A stretch of 64,000 nt of DNA from an uncultured delta proteobacterium (GTDB taxonomy: Bacteria > Myxococcota_A > Polyangia > Palsa-1104), in NCBI GenBank assembly GCA_963785725.1, contig CAWAWS010000007.1, forward strand, positions 256,001 to 320,000. Reading direction: 5' to 3'. Position 1 is the first letter of the stretch. Each line of letters opens with the position of its first letter. A model generated the notes under the pieces. That model saw only the letters and a list, made by a program, of their open reading frames with translations, made no database searches and was not told where the DNA came from. This document shows, piece after piece, positions 47,154-56,068 of the stretch. The position numbers and the translations under genes were made by a program.

Positions 47154-47684
47154 TTAGATCACGACGTCATCATTGCGCGGCAGGCGTTCGCGCGCCCGAC
47201 GTGACGAGCGGCGCGTCCGCCAGATCATGAGCGCCAAGCCGACGCCCAAGACGAGGACGATCGGTATCGAGCCCAGCCGATCGTCGATGCTCGCGATGGG
47301 CTTCGGCTTCAGCACGTCGACGCCGTAAGTCTGCGCGAACCAGGCGAGCACGTGGTCATGCGCCGACTGCTGCGCGCTCGCGTTCGACAGATCGACGCCG
47401 GCCAGGTGCTGCTTGACCTCCGCGCGCATCTTCGCCGCCAGGTCGCACTTGCACGTGCGGATCGGCTCACGGTTGCAGGTGCCGCAGATGCAAGCCAGGT
47501 CCTTCATGATCGCGTCTTCGCTGTCGTTCGTCGGCGGATTGACGAGCTGGCCATCCGGGTTGCCGGGCGGCCGCCGAGGCCGCTGCGTCAGCTCTTGCGC
47601 CAGATTCTTCGGCAGCTCTTGCGCGCCGGCGCCAGCGATGAGCGATACGAGGGACAGCCACGCCAGCGCGGCCACGAGGCGCAT
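47154..47684 (-). CDS. CcmH-like exported membrane protein
   Basis: Signal peptide; LACICGTC...CKC.LAAKMRAEV, YGVDVL, C-terminal TM. Confidence 0.6.
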   Translation of the reverse strand: MRLVAALAWLSLVSLIAGAGAQELPKNLAQELTQRPRRPPGNPDGQLVNPPTNDSEDAIMKDLACICGTCNREPIRTCKCDLAAKMRAEVKQHLAGVDLSNASAQQSAHDHVLAWFAQTYGVDVLKPKPIASIDDRLGSIPIVLVLGVGLALMIWRTRRSSRRARERLPRNDDVVI

Positions 47685-47686
47685 GT

Positions 47687-48337
47687 CTACAACAGCACGT
47701 CGTCGGCGAGGCGGCCTTCGAGATAGTCGGACTCGAGCCGCGTCACGAACGCCGCCCAGCGCGCGCGATCGGGCTCGTCGCGGAAGTCGAAGCGCACGCC
47801 GACGCCGCGATCGCTGCCTTCGCCGTGCTGCCGCGTCACCGTCGCCTGCACCTCGAGCGGCCGATATTCGCCGCCCGGCGGCGACACCAGCAAGAGCGTG
47901 GTCGCGCCCAGCTCGAGCAGCTCGGCCGTGCGCACGAACGCGCCCTCTTCGTTCAGATCGCGCGTGAAGTTGACGCGTCGCCCTTTGGCGGCCGTATAGG
48001 CGACGCGCAGTCGCACGGGCAGCCGCCGCTTTTCGCGCACGTCGATCAAACCGCCGCGCACGTAGCCGTTCAGATAGCGCAGCTTGGCCTGCTCCGACGC
48101 GTCGAGGCCGACGCCGGTGCCGGCGCGAGCGCGCGCATCGCCGGTCGTGCGTCGCCACATGACGAAGCCGTGCAACAAGACGCGCGGGCCCGCCTGAAAC
48201 ACGATCTCGACGGTGACGCGCTCGCCGACGTTGGGCGGATCGGCGCCGGGCACGAACAGCGCCGTCCCCGCCGTACCATCATGATACTTGTGGAAATCGG
48301 CGCGATCGACGAGATGGAGCTTGAGTCGCGTGACCAC
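47687..48337 (-). CDS. Tandem PilZ-domain protein
   Basis: Two PilZ-like halves; REKRR and DLNEEG, GVGVRF. Confidence 0.75.
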   Translation of the reverse strand: MVTRLKLHLVDRADFHKYHDGTAGTALFVPGADPPNVGERVTVEIVFQAGPRVLLHGFVMWRRTTGDARARAGTGVGLDASEQAKLRYLNGYVRGGLIDVREKRRLPVRLRVAYTAAKGRRVNFTRDLNEEGAFVRTAELLELGATTLLLVSPPGGEYRPLEVQATVTRQHGEGSDRGVGVRFDFRDEPDRARWAAFVTRLESDYLEGRLADDVLL

Positions 48338-48352
48338 TACTGCGTGCTCCGC

Positions 48353-48472
48353 TCAGCGCCGCCGCGGCTGCTGACGATTGGGCGTGATCGGCACCGGCAT
48401 CATGGGCGGGGCCACGAGCTCACGCACTTTGTCGACCAATTGGCCGACCAGCTTTCTAATGCGTTCGCCCAT
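48353..48472 (-). CDS. 39-aa small protein
   Basis: SD GGAGG, TGATG overlap with the upstream gene; MGERIRKLVGQLVDKVRELVAPPMMPVPITP. Confidence 0.6.
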   Translation of the reverse strand: MGERIRKLVGQLVDKVRELVAPPMMPVPITPNRQQPRRR

Positions 48473-48840
48473 CAATTGCCTCCGCCATATCCAGATCCTT
48501 GGCCTTGTCGCGAAGTATAGCAGTCGTTGCAGTAAACGGGACGACCCGCCGCCGGGCGAAACGGCACGCGCGCCGGCGCGCCGCACGAGGCGCAGGTCGC
48601 GTCATGCTGCTCGCGGGCGGCGCGCTGGGCGCGATTGCCGTCGCCGCCGCCGCCGTGACCGTTGCCGGCGTAGCCGTTGCCGCCGTCGCTGCGCTTCTGT
48701 CTGCGCGTGTCGCGGCAGGGCTTGCAGCGCTTGGGGATCTCGCGGAAGCCCTTTTTGTCGAAGAATTCCTGCTCGCCGGCCGTGAAGACGAACTCGTTCT
48801 TGCAGTCCTGGCATTGCAGCGGGCGGTCTTGAAAGTCCAT
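48472..48840 (-). CDS. Zinc-ribbon + CxxC-x17-CxxC protein
   Basis: CQDC..EFVFTAGEQEFF..KGF...PKRC..CR and CASC....VPF.P...RPVYC.DC. Confidence 0.88.
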   Translation of the reverse strand: MDFQDRPLQCQDCKNEFVFTAGEQEFFDKKGFREIPKRCKPCRDTRRQKRSDGGNGYAGNGHGGGGDGNRAQRAAREQHDATCASCGAPARVPFRPAAGRPVYCNDCYTSRQGQGSGYGGGN

Positions 48841-48934
48841 CGCCATCCTCGAAAGCAGCCGTCGCACAGCCGACGTCTCGGCTAACTTTATCGCGTCCGA
48901 GAATCGACGGTCAAGCGTGTTAGGATGCGCGGCC

Positions 48935-49387
48935 ATGTCCAAGCCCCGCGCCGCTGTGATCTTTGTGAGCTTATGTCTGTCGCTGTCTGCGTCGCTGATG
49001 CTGTCCGGTTGCCGCGAGGAGCCGACCATCGTCATCAAGTTCGAGCCGAACGACATGACGGGCACGAAGAAGCCGGCCGACATGGTCAGCGTCGCCGATT
49101 TGGCGAGCGCGCCCGACTTGGCGCCGGCGACGAAGGGCAAGCCGGCGACCGCCGAGTGCAAGACCGCCGCTGATTGCACCGTCGAGCCCAACGACTGCTG
49201 CAGCTGCAACAGCGGCGGCGCTCAGCACGCGATCGCGAAGAAGAAGTTTGCCGAATCCGAGGGCAAGCGCATCAAGGGCTGCGGCCACAAGATGTGCCCG
49301 ATGTTCATCTCGCACGATCCGAGCTGCGCCGAGACTGCGGACTGCGTCGCCGGCGTCTGCCAGCTCGTCGCGCCGAAGACGAAGTAA
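48935..49387 (+). CDS. Cys-rich lipoprotein
   Basis: Lipobox LSGC; Cys-rich C-terminal domain (C....DC, CCSC, C..GVC). Confidence 0.75.
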   Translation: MSKPRAAVIFVSLCLSLSASLMLSGCREEPTIVIKFEPNDMTGTKKPADMVSVADLASAPDLAPATKGKPATAECKTAADCTVEPNDCCSCNSGGAQHAIAKKKFAESEGKRIKGCGHKMCPMFISHDPSCAETADCVAGVCQLVAPKTK

Positions 49388-49395
49388 CCGTCGCG

Positions 49396-50541
49396 CTAGC
49401 TGATGACGTAGCGCAAGGTCAGCGGCCGACCGTCGCGCACGACGTCGACGGTGAAGGTGTTGGCGACGCGCAGCCAGGCGTAGGCGGCCGCGGCATCGTC
49501 GACGCCGTTGATGGCGCGCCCGTCGACGCGCATGACGACGTCGTTGCTGCGCAGGCCGATGCGCTCGAAGAAGCAGCCGCCGCGCACCTGCGACAGCCGG
49601 AAACCGCCTTCGGGCTGCGCCGTCACTTGCAGCTGCTGGCTCAGCGAGCCGAAGTCGCCGAGCTCGCGGTCGAGCTCCGCGCGCTGCAGCACGAGCGGCC
49701 CCGTCGCCGCGCTAACCGGTGTGACAGCAGGCGTTGCGACCGGCGCGGCGACGGCAGGCGTTGCGACGGGTGCGGGCGTTGCGACCGGCGCGGCGACGGC
49801 GGCAGGCGTCGCGACAGTCGCGGGCGCAGCGGGCGCAGGAGCTGGGACCGCAACGGCCGCCGGCGCCTCGACGGGCGCAGCCATCGCCGGAGCGGCGACG
49901 GCAGCGGGCGCGGCAAGGGCTACTGGCGCGGCGACGGCCACGGCGGCGGGCGCGTGCGTCACGACGGCAACCGGCGCGGCGACTGCGCCCGGCGTCGCGA
50001 TGACCGCCGGCGCGACGGCTGCCGGCGCTGCGGCCGTCGCATCAGGCACGATCGCCGCCGGCGCCACCGGCGCGACCAGCGCGGGCGCGCTTACGACGGG
50101 CGCCGCCTGCGCCGCGACGACGCGATCGACCGCCGCCTGCGCCGCCGCGACGACTGTCGGCACGTCGGGCGCCGCCGTCACGATCATCGCCGGCATGCGC
50201 CGCGGCTTGTGCCCGACGACGCGCGTCTCGGGCGGCGCCGCGATCTCGACCACTTCGCGCGACTCGCCGCGATCGATGACCAAATGATCGGCCTCCAGCT
50301 CGACGATGCGCCCGCCGCTGAGCTCTTCGCCGACCCGGTGCAGCACGTATTCGGCGCGATCTTCGTCCCAAATCAGCGCCTGCGCGCTCGACAAGATGAC
50401 GCCCACGAGCCGCGCGTGCTCGACGGTGACGGCGGCCGCGGCCGGCGGCGGCGTGTCGGCGGCCGGCGCGCCTTCGGAGGCGTGCGTCGTCACGGCCGGG
50501 AGAGCAAACGCGAACAGCGAAGCCAAGAGCGTACGCTTCAT
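49396..50541 (-). CDS. GspC-like exported protein (HR-like N domain, Ala/Pro linker, PDZ)
   Basis: RLVGVI...ALI...GEEL.GGRIVE; C-terminal GFRL..V......IGLRSNDVV.RVDG, VVRDG. Confidence 0.65.
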   Translation of the reverse strand: MKRTLLASLFAFALPAVTTHASEGAPAADTPPPAAAAVTVEHARLVGVILSSAQALIWDEDRAEYVLHRVGEELSGGRIVELEADHLVIDRGESREVVEIAAPPETRVVGHKPRRMPAMIVTAAPDVPTVVAAAQAAVDRVVAAQAAPVVSAPALVAPVAPAAIVPDATAAAPAAVAPAVIATPGAVAAPVAVVTHAPAAVAVAAPVALAAPAAVAAPAMAAPVEAPAAVAVPAPAPAAPATVATPAAVAAPVATPAPVATPAVAAPVATPAVTPVSAATGPLVLQRAELDRELGDFGSLSQQLQVTAQPEGGFRLSQVRGGCFFERIGLRSNDVVMRVDGRAINGVDDAAAAYAWLRVANTFTVDVVRDGRPLTLRYVIS

Positions 50542-50554
50542 GACGGCGTCACAA

Positions 50555-50570
50555 AGCAGCCCGCATGCCA
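50555..50570 (-). promoter_or_regulatory. Sigma54 (-24/-12) promoter
   Basis: TGGCAT-GCGGG-CTGCT (GG-N10-GC) 13 nt upstream of ATG 50541. Confidence 0.6.
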
Positions 50571-50655
50571 CTGCCGTTTCCCTGTATTCGGAGGATCTTA
50601 CGAACGTCGTCGGGTGACAACGTGAACCGCGCTTCACACGCGCGGCTGTGAACCG

Positions 50656-51441
50656 CTACTCCTCGTCGCCGCGCGAATGACCCTTGGCCGACAGCGCGTC
50701 CTTCGACTTGGCGGCCGCGTCATCGGCGTCTTTGGCCGGCAGCTCCTTGCGACCCGCGGCGGTCGCCGGTCCGAGCCCCATCTTCGCCTTCAGCTCCTGC
50801 AGCGCCATATCCGCGCCGCCGTGGTTCTCGAGCTGCTTGAAGCGCGACGCCAGCGTATCGCCCGTCATCTCGCCGGCCAGCTCGACGCCCGCTTCCGCCT
50901 CGGCTTCGATCTGCTCGACCTTCTCGGCCATGCGATCGAACGTATCGAACGCCGACGTATCCGACAGACCGGCCATCGTCTGCTGAATCGTCTTCTGCGC
51001 CTCGGCTCGCTTGGCGCGCGCGACGAGGATGTTCTTCTTGCGCTTCGCCTCTTCGATCTTGTTGTTCAGCGTGCGCAGCTGATCTTTGAGCTTCTCGACG
51101 GCGTCCTTCTGCAGATGCCACTGCTGCTCGAACTGCGCCGACAGATCCTCGTGCTCCTTTTGCCGCACGAGCGCTTCCTTCGCGAGCGCATCATCGCCGG
51201 CGTGCACGGCCATCATGGCCTTGCGCTCCCACTCTTTGGCCGCCGTGATCTGATCGTCCCACTGCTTCTTGAGCCGCTTCTCGTCGCCGATCGCCACCGC
51301 GACCTGCTTCTTGGCCTCGACGAGCTGATTCTTCATGTCGGTCAGGACCTGGGAGAGCATCTTCTCCGGATCCTCGGCCTTGCTGATCAAGTCGTTGATG
51401 TTGGACTTGATGAGCGTACCCAAACGCTGAAACAGACCCAT
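50656..51441 (-). CDS. pspA: PspA/IM30 family protein
   Basis: MGLFQRL...IKSNIN.LI.KAEDPEKML, WERKA..A, AF..FDRM. Confidence 0.93.
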   Translation of the reverse strand: MGLFQRLGTLIKSNINDLISKAEDPEKMLSQVLTDMKNQLVEAKKQVAVAIGDEKRLKKQWDDQITAAKEWERKAMMAVHAGDDALAKEALVRQKEHEDLSAQFEQQWHLQKDAVEKLKDQLRTLNNKIEEAKRKKNILVARAKRAEAQKTIQQTMAGLSDTSAFDTFDRMAEKVEQIEAEAEAGVELAGEMTGDTLASRFKQLENHGGADMALQELKAKMGLGPATAAGRKELPAKDADDAAAKSKDALSAKGHSRGDEE

Positions 51442-51827
51442 CAGGCAGCCTCCCGAAACTTCGCCAGCCGTCCATGGTGAGATGCGACCGCGAGCGAGAT
51501 GTCGTCGATGGTCGCGGCAAATTCGTTGTAGTCGAGGTTCTCGAGCTGCAAGGCGTCCATGATCACGATCGACTCGCCCTCGATTCCGTAGGCGCCGTGC
51601 ATCATCTCCGTCGCGTTCAGCTCGAGCAGCGTGCGAAACAGCTCCTCACGCTGACCACGCGGGATGTCCATCATCTTGACGCGGAACACGAGCACCGGAC
51701 CGGCCAGCGTCACGACGAGGTTGTCGACCCCATCCATGCCGCTGACGATCCACGTGCCTTCGCGCGGCTCCTCGTAGGGAAGCTCCATTCGTTCCAGATA
51801 CGCCTGTACGTCTGCAGCCGTTTTCAT
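51441..51827 (-). CDS. CesT/YbjN chaperone-fold protein
   Basis: LFRTLLELNA...HGAYGI, LENLDYNEF; TGATG coupling to pspA. Confidence 0.75.
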   Translation of the reverse strand: MKTAADVQAYLERMELPYEEPREGTWIVSGMDGVDNLVVTLAGPVLVFRVKMMDIPRGQREELFRTLLELNATEMMHGAYGIEGESIVIMDALQLENLDYNEFAATIDDISLAVASHHGRLAKFREAA

Positions 51828-51894
51828 CGCGCGCCTCCCGAGAGTCCAACGAGCCTAGGCGAGGACCCACACCGTTGCAATGTGCCGTGACATC

Positions 51895-52083
51895 TTACGG
51901 ATGGTCGGCGCCGATTCCCCCAAGTGCAGGGGCGACAAGGCGCGCCGAGCCGCTCGCGCCGCCATCGGAATCCTGACCGGAATCGGCGGCCGCGCTGGCG
52001 TCGCTCGTGAGCAGCGGCGGAGCGGCGCCGTCCGTGCAGCCGCTCGCCAAGGTAAGCAGCAGGAGCGCGAGCGCACGAACCAT
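51895..52083 (-). CDS. Small putative lipoprotein
   Basis: RALALLLLTLASGC lipobox; TACAAT 6 nt before the ATG. Confidence 0.5.
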   Translation of the reverse strand: MVRALALLLLTLASGCTDGAAPPLLTSDASAAADSGQDSDGGASGSARLVAPALGGIGADHP

Positions 52084-52103
52084 CATTCGATTGTAAACGA
52101 AAG

Positions 52104-52913
52104 CTACGGGATCTGCATTCCGCCCGAGACGTTGATCTCTTGTCCCGTGACGAAATCGGACAGCGGCGACGAGAAGAACAGGACGGCGTTGGCGATGTCC
52201 TCGGGCTCACCGAAGCGGCCGAGCGGAATCCGCGTCAGCATCGCCTGGCGCTGCTCTTCGGGCACGCCCAGCTCGTCGCCCTTTTGCTTGGCGGCGGTCA
52301 GGCGCGTGTTCGTGAAGCCGGGCGCGACGGCGTTGACGTTGATCCAGAAGCGGCCCCACTCCTGCGCGACCGTGCGCGTGATGCCGACGTTGCCCATCTT
52401 GGCGGCCGTGTAATTGACCTGCCCGGGATTGCCGCGGATGGCGGCCGTCGAGAAGAAGTTTACGATTTTACGGTGATATTTCGGGCTGCCCGTCTCTTCC
52501 AGCTCGCGCTTGGCGACGTCGCGCATAAAAGGAGCGGCAGAGCGAATGCAGTTGAAGGTGCCCTTCAAGTTGACGTCGATCACCAAATCCCACCAGTCGT
52601 CGGACAGCAGGTGGGTCATGCGATCGCGTGTGATTCCGGCGTTGTTGACGAGAATGTCGAGCTTGCCGAAGGAGTCGACCGCCAGCTTCATGAGCGCGTC
52701 GGTGTGGTTGCGCTCGGCGACCGAACCGAGGTGCACGACGGCCGAGCCCTTGGCGATTTCCTCACACGCGGCGCGGGCTTCCGCGGCCGGCTCGGCATCG
52801 ACGTCGTTGATGACGACCTTGGCGCCTTCGCGGACCAAAGTGAGGGCGCACGCGCGGCCGATGCCGCGACCCGCGCCGGTGACCACAGCCACGCGATCTT
52901 CGAGCAAACCCAT
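52104..52913 (-). CDS. SDR oxidoreductase (FabG-like)
   Basis: TGAGRGIG, NNAGITRD, YTAAK, VNAVAPG. Confidence 0.92.
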   Translation of the reverse strand: MGLLEDRVAVVTGAGRGIGRACALTLVREGAKVVINDVDAEPAAEARAACEEIAKGSAVVHLGSVAERNHTDALMKLAVDSFGKLDILVNNAGITRDRMTHLLSDDWWDLVIDVNLKGTFNCIRSAAPFMRDVAKRELEETGSPKYHRKIVNFFSTAAIRGNPGQVNYTAAKMGNVGITRTVAQEWGRFWINVNAVAPGFTNTRLTAAKQKGDELGVPEEQRQAMLTRIPLGRFGEPEDIANAVLFFSSPLSDFVTGQEINVSGGMQIP

Positions 52914-52937
52914 GAATCCTCCGGTCGGAAAGGCTAC

Positions 52938-52966
52938 CTCATACGAATCTGATCGTATAACGTCAA
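52938..52966 (-). promoter_or_regulatory. Candidate promoter with embedded palindromic operator
   Basis: TTGACG-N17-TATGAG; ATACGA-N6-TCGTAT at 52941-52958. Confidence 0.5.
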
Positions 52967-53016
52967 GACCACATCATTAAGCAGGCTTACGGAACGTTGC
53001 CTAACGGGAGTTTTTC

Positions 53017-53784
53017 ATGGTAGTTGGGTCCGGCATGCAGGCGCCTGAGGAAGCGCTACCGCGCCATATCGCGATCATCATGGACGGCAACGGCCGTTGG
53101 GCGAAGCGCCGCGGCGCGCCGCGCATCGAAGGGCATCGCAAAGGCGCCGACTCGGTCCGCGAAGTGACGAAAGCGGCGCGCGAGCTCGGGATTGGCGCGC
53201 TGACGTTGTACGCGTTCTCGTCGCAGAATTGGGATCGGCCGATCGAGGAAGTGCGCATGTTGATGGCGCTTCTGCGTGACTACTTGGTCGACGAGCGCGC
53301 CGAAATCCTCGACAACGACATCCGGCTGACGACGATCGGCAACTTGGAGCGGCTGCCCGACTTCGTGCGCGAGCCGCTGCTCGAGCTTACGGCGGCGTCG
53401 GCGGGCAACAAGGGCATGACGTTGTGCCTGGCGCTGTCGTACGGCGGTCGCGAGGCGATTGTCGACGCGGCGCGCGCGCTCGTCGAAGGCGTGCTCGCCG
53501 GCGAGCTGCGCCCGCAAGACGTCAACGAGCTGAGCCTGGCCGAAGCCTTGTGCACGCGCTCCTTGCCGCCGCTCGATCTCGTCATTCGCACGTCGGGCGA
53601 GCAGCGGCTGTCGAATTTCCTTTTGTGGGAAGCGGCTTATGCCGAGCTCTACTTCACCGACACCTTGTGGCCGGACTTCAAGCGCGCCGATCTGATGGAC
53701 GCCATCGCCACCTTTCAAGGCCGCGAGCGGCGCTTCGGTCTGACCTCCGAGCAGGTCAAGCTGCGAGCCATCGCGCCCAAGTGA
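53017..53784 (+). CDS. uppS: Undecaprenyl diphosphate synthase (start 53017 or 53035)
   Basis: HIAIIMDGNGRWA, YAFS.QNW.R, IRTSGEQRLSNF, RERRFG. Confidence 0.96.
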   Translation: MVVGSGMQAPEEALPRHIAIIMDGNGRWAKRRGAPRIEGHRKGADSVREVTKAARELGIGALTLYAFSSQNWDRPIEEVRMLMALLRDYLVDERAEILDNDIRLTTIGNLERLPDFVREPLLELTAASAGNKGMTLCLALSYGGREAIVDAARALVEGVLAGELRPQDVNELSLAEALCTRSLPPLDLVIRTSGEQRLSNFLLWEAAYAELYFTDTLWPDFKRADLMDAIATFQGRERRFGLTSEQVKLRAIAPK

Positions 53785-53797
53785 TAGTGTTCGCCAC

Positions 53798-54628
53798 GTG
53801 AGCAATCTTCTCGCGCGGGTTCTGACCGCGGTCCTCCTCGTCCCGTTTCTCGTCGTCGCCATCCTCTGGTCGAATCCGATCGCCGTGTGGGCCATCGTGT
53901 TCGCCGCGACGTTCCTCGGCCTGCGCGAGTACTACAACATGACGCTGGCCAAGGAGCCGATGGTCGAGCGCGGCTTCGGCATCGGACTCGGCCTCGCGTT
54001 CGGCGCCGTCGTTTACTGGACCGACGGCACGTCGTTCGCCATCACGGCCACGCTCGCCGGCATCACCATCGCCGCGTTCTTGTTCTACCTGTTCCGCTAC
54101 GGCGACATGCAGACCGTCGCCGGCCGCGTGGCGCAGATGATCGTCGGCACGCTCTACGTCGCGCTCTTGTTGACGTTCGTCGCGCTCCTGAAAAAGCGGG
54201 GCAGCGACGGCGCACAATGGGTCTTCATCGCGCTCACGTGCACCTGGTTCTCGGACACGGGCGCCTACTTCGCCGGCCGCTTCATCGGTCCCGCCTGGCC
54301 GGTCAAGCTCTACGCCGCCGTCAGCCCGAAGAAGACGCTCATCGGCGGCATCGGCGGGCTCGTCGCCTCGTTCGGCGCGCTCGTCATCGCCAAGCTGTGG
54401 TATCTGCCGTCGCTGACGTGGATCGACTGCGTCGCCGTCGCCATCCCCGCGAACCTGCTCGGCCAGACGGGCGACCTGTGCGAGTCGATGCTCAAGCGCT
54501 CGGTCGGCGTCAAAGACTCGGGCGCGCTCTTGCCCGGCCACGGCGGCATGCTCGATCGCGTCGACGCGCTGCTCTTCATCGCGCCCTACGTCTACATCTA
54601 CGCGCACTACTGTTACGGCCGAATTTAG
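53798..54628 (+). CDS. cdsA: Phosphatidate cytidylyltransferase
   Basis: SDTGAYFAG, SPKKT, GDLCES.LKR..GVKDSG..LPGHGG.LDRVD. Confidence 0.96.
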   Translation: MSNLLARVLTAVLLVPFLVVAILWSNPIAVWAIVFAATFLGLREYYNMTLAKEPMVERGFGIGLGLAFGAVVYWTDGTSFAITATLAGITIAAFLFYLFRYGDMQTVAGRVAQMIVGTLYVALLLTFVALLKKRGSDGAQWVFIALTCTWFSDTGAYFAGRFIGPAWPVKLYAAVSPKKTLIGGIGGLVASFGALVIAKLWYLPSLTWIDCVAVAIPANLLGQTGDLCESMLKRSVGVKDSGALLPGHGGMLDRVDALLFIAPYVYIYAHYCYGRI

Positions 54629-54649
54629 CGCGCGTAGTATAGTTGGCGC

Positions 54650-55678
54650 ATGTCGCGCTCCGATCGCTTCCTGAAGGCCATCCGCGGTGAGGCGGTCGAT
54701 ACGACGCCGATTTGGATCATGCGTCAGGCGGGCCGTTACCTGCCGGAGTATCGCGCCACGCGCGCCAAAGCCGGCGACTTCCTCACGCTGTGCAAAACGC
54801 CGGAGCTGGCCTGCGAAGTGACGCTGCAGCCGATCGACAAGATCGGCGTCGACGCGGCGATTCTCTTCTCCGACATCCTGATTCCGCTCGAGCCGATGGG
54901 CGTGCCGCTGGCGTTTCCCGACGAAGGCCCGCGGCTGTCGCCGGTGCGCGACGAAGCCGGCATCGACAAGCTGCGCGTGCCCGATCCCGAGGCCGAATTT
55001 CCCTTCGTGATGGACGCGATCCGCCTGATTCGCCGCGCGCTCGACGGTCGCGTGCCGCTCATCGGCTTCGCGGGCGCGCCTTTTACGATGCTGACCTATG
55101 TCGTCGAAGGGCAGACGGGCAAGCAGTTTGCCGAGACCAAGAAGCTCCTGTTCGGCAATCCGACGGCGGCGCACAAGCTCTTGCAGAAGCTCGCGGATAC
55201 CGTCGCGATTTATTTGGCGGCGCAGGTCGAAGCGGGCGCGCAGACGGTGCAGATCTTCGACTCGTGGGTCGGTCAGCTCGGGCCCGACGACTTCCGCACG
55301 TTCGCCGCGCCCTACGTTCAGCAGATCGTCGACAAGCTGAAGCCCCTCGGCGCGCCCATCATCTACTTCGCCAACGACGGCGGCTCGCTGCTCGGCGACG
55401 CGGCCAAGCTCGGTGCCGACGCGCTCGGCGTCGATTGGCGCACGCCGCTCGACGAAGCGCGCCTGAAGACGGGAGACCACGTCACGCTGCAAGGCAACCT
55501 CGATCCCTGCCTCTTGTTCGCGCCCATCGCGGAGATCGAGCGGCGGACGACGGATGTCATGCGGCGCGCGGCCGGAAAGCGGCACATCTTCAACCTCGGC
55601 CACGGCATTTTGCCGGGCACGCCGCCCGAGCACGCGCAGGCGCTCGTCGAGATCGTGCATCGCTTGGGACAACGCTAG
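54650..55678 (+). CDS. hemE: Uroporphyrinogen decarboxylase
   Basis: WIMRQAGRYLPEY, FSDIL, GFAGAPFT, NLGHG. Confidence 0.97.
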   Translation: MSRSDRFLKAIRGEAVDTTPIWIMRQAGRYLPEYRATRAKAGDFLTLCKTPELACEVTLQPIDKIGVDAAILFSDILIPLEPMGVPLAFPDEGPRLSPVRDEAGIDKLRVPDPEAEFPFVMDAIRLIRRALDGRVPLIGFAGAPFTMLTYVVEGQTGKQFAETKKLLFGNPTAAHKLLQKLADTVAIYLAAQVEAGAQTVQIFDSWVGQLGPDDFRTFAAPYVQQIVDKLKPLGAPIIYFANDGGSLLGDAAKLGADALGVDWRTPLDEARLKTGDHVTLQGNLDPCLLFAPIAEIERRTTDVMRRAAGKRHIFNLGHGILPGTPPEHAQALVEIVHRLGQR

Positions 55679-55741
55679 CGAAAGCCCGCGCGTCGTTTGG
55701 CGGAACTTGGGTCGCCGAACAAACGCGCTTATAGTCCGCAG

Positions 55742-56068
55742 ATGACGTCCGAACGGCGACTGGCTCCGCGGGTGGGCGTGCAAATCTGGGTCGAAGAGGC
55801 CACCGAGCACGAGCTCTATTTCCAACGCTCGGCCGATATCTCGACCGGCGGGATCTATCTCGAAAATACGATCCCGCATCCGCTCGGCACCATCGTCAAT
55901 CTGCGCTTTGCTTTGCCGGGCTCGAAGGACAAATTCGAGACGAAGGCGGAGGTCGTCGGCGCCATCGCCGGCGAAAAAGAGATGGGCATGAGCTTGAAGT
56001 TCATCGATCTCGCGCCGGCGCACATCGAGCAGATCCGGCAGTTCATCGAAACCCACGCCGGCGGCTGA
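55742..56068 (+). CDS. Single PilZ-domain protein
   Basis: RLAPR (RxxxR) and DISTGG (DxSxxG). Confidence 0.85.
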   Translation: MTSERRLAPRVGVQIWVEEATEHELYFQRSADISTGGIYLENTIPHPLGTIVNLRFALPGSKDKFETKAEVVGAIAGEKEMGMSLKFIDLAPAHIEQIRQFIETHAGG

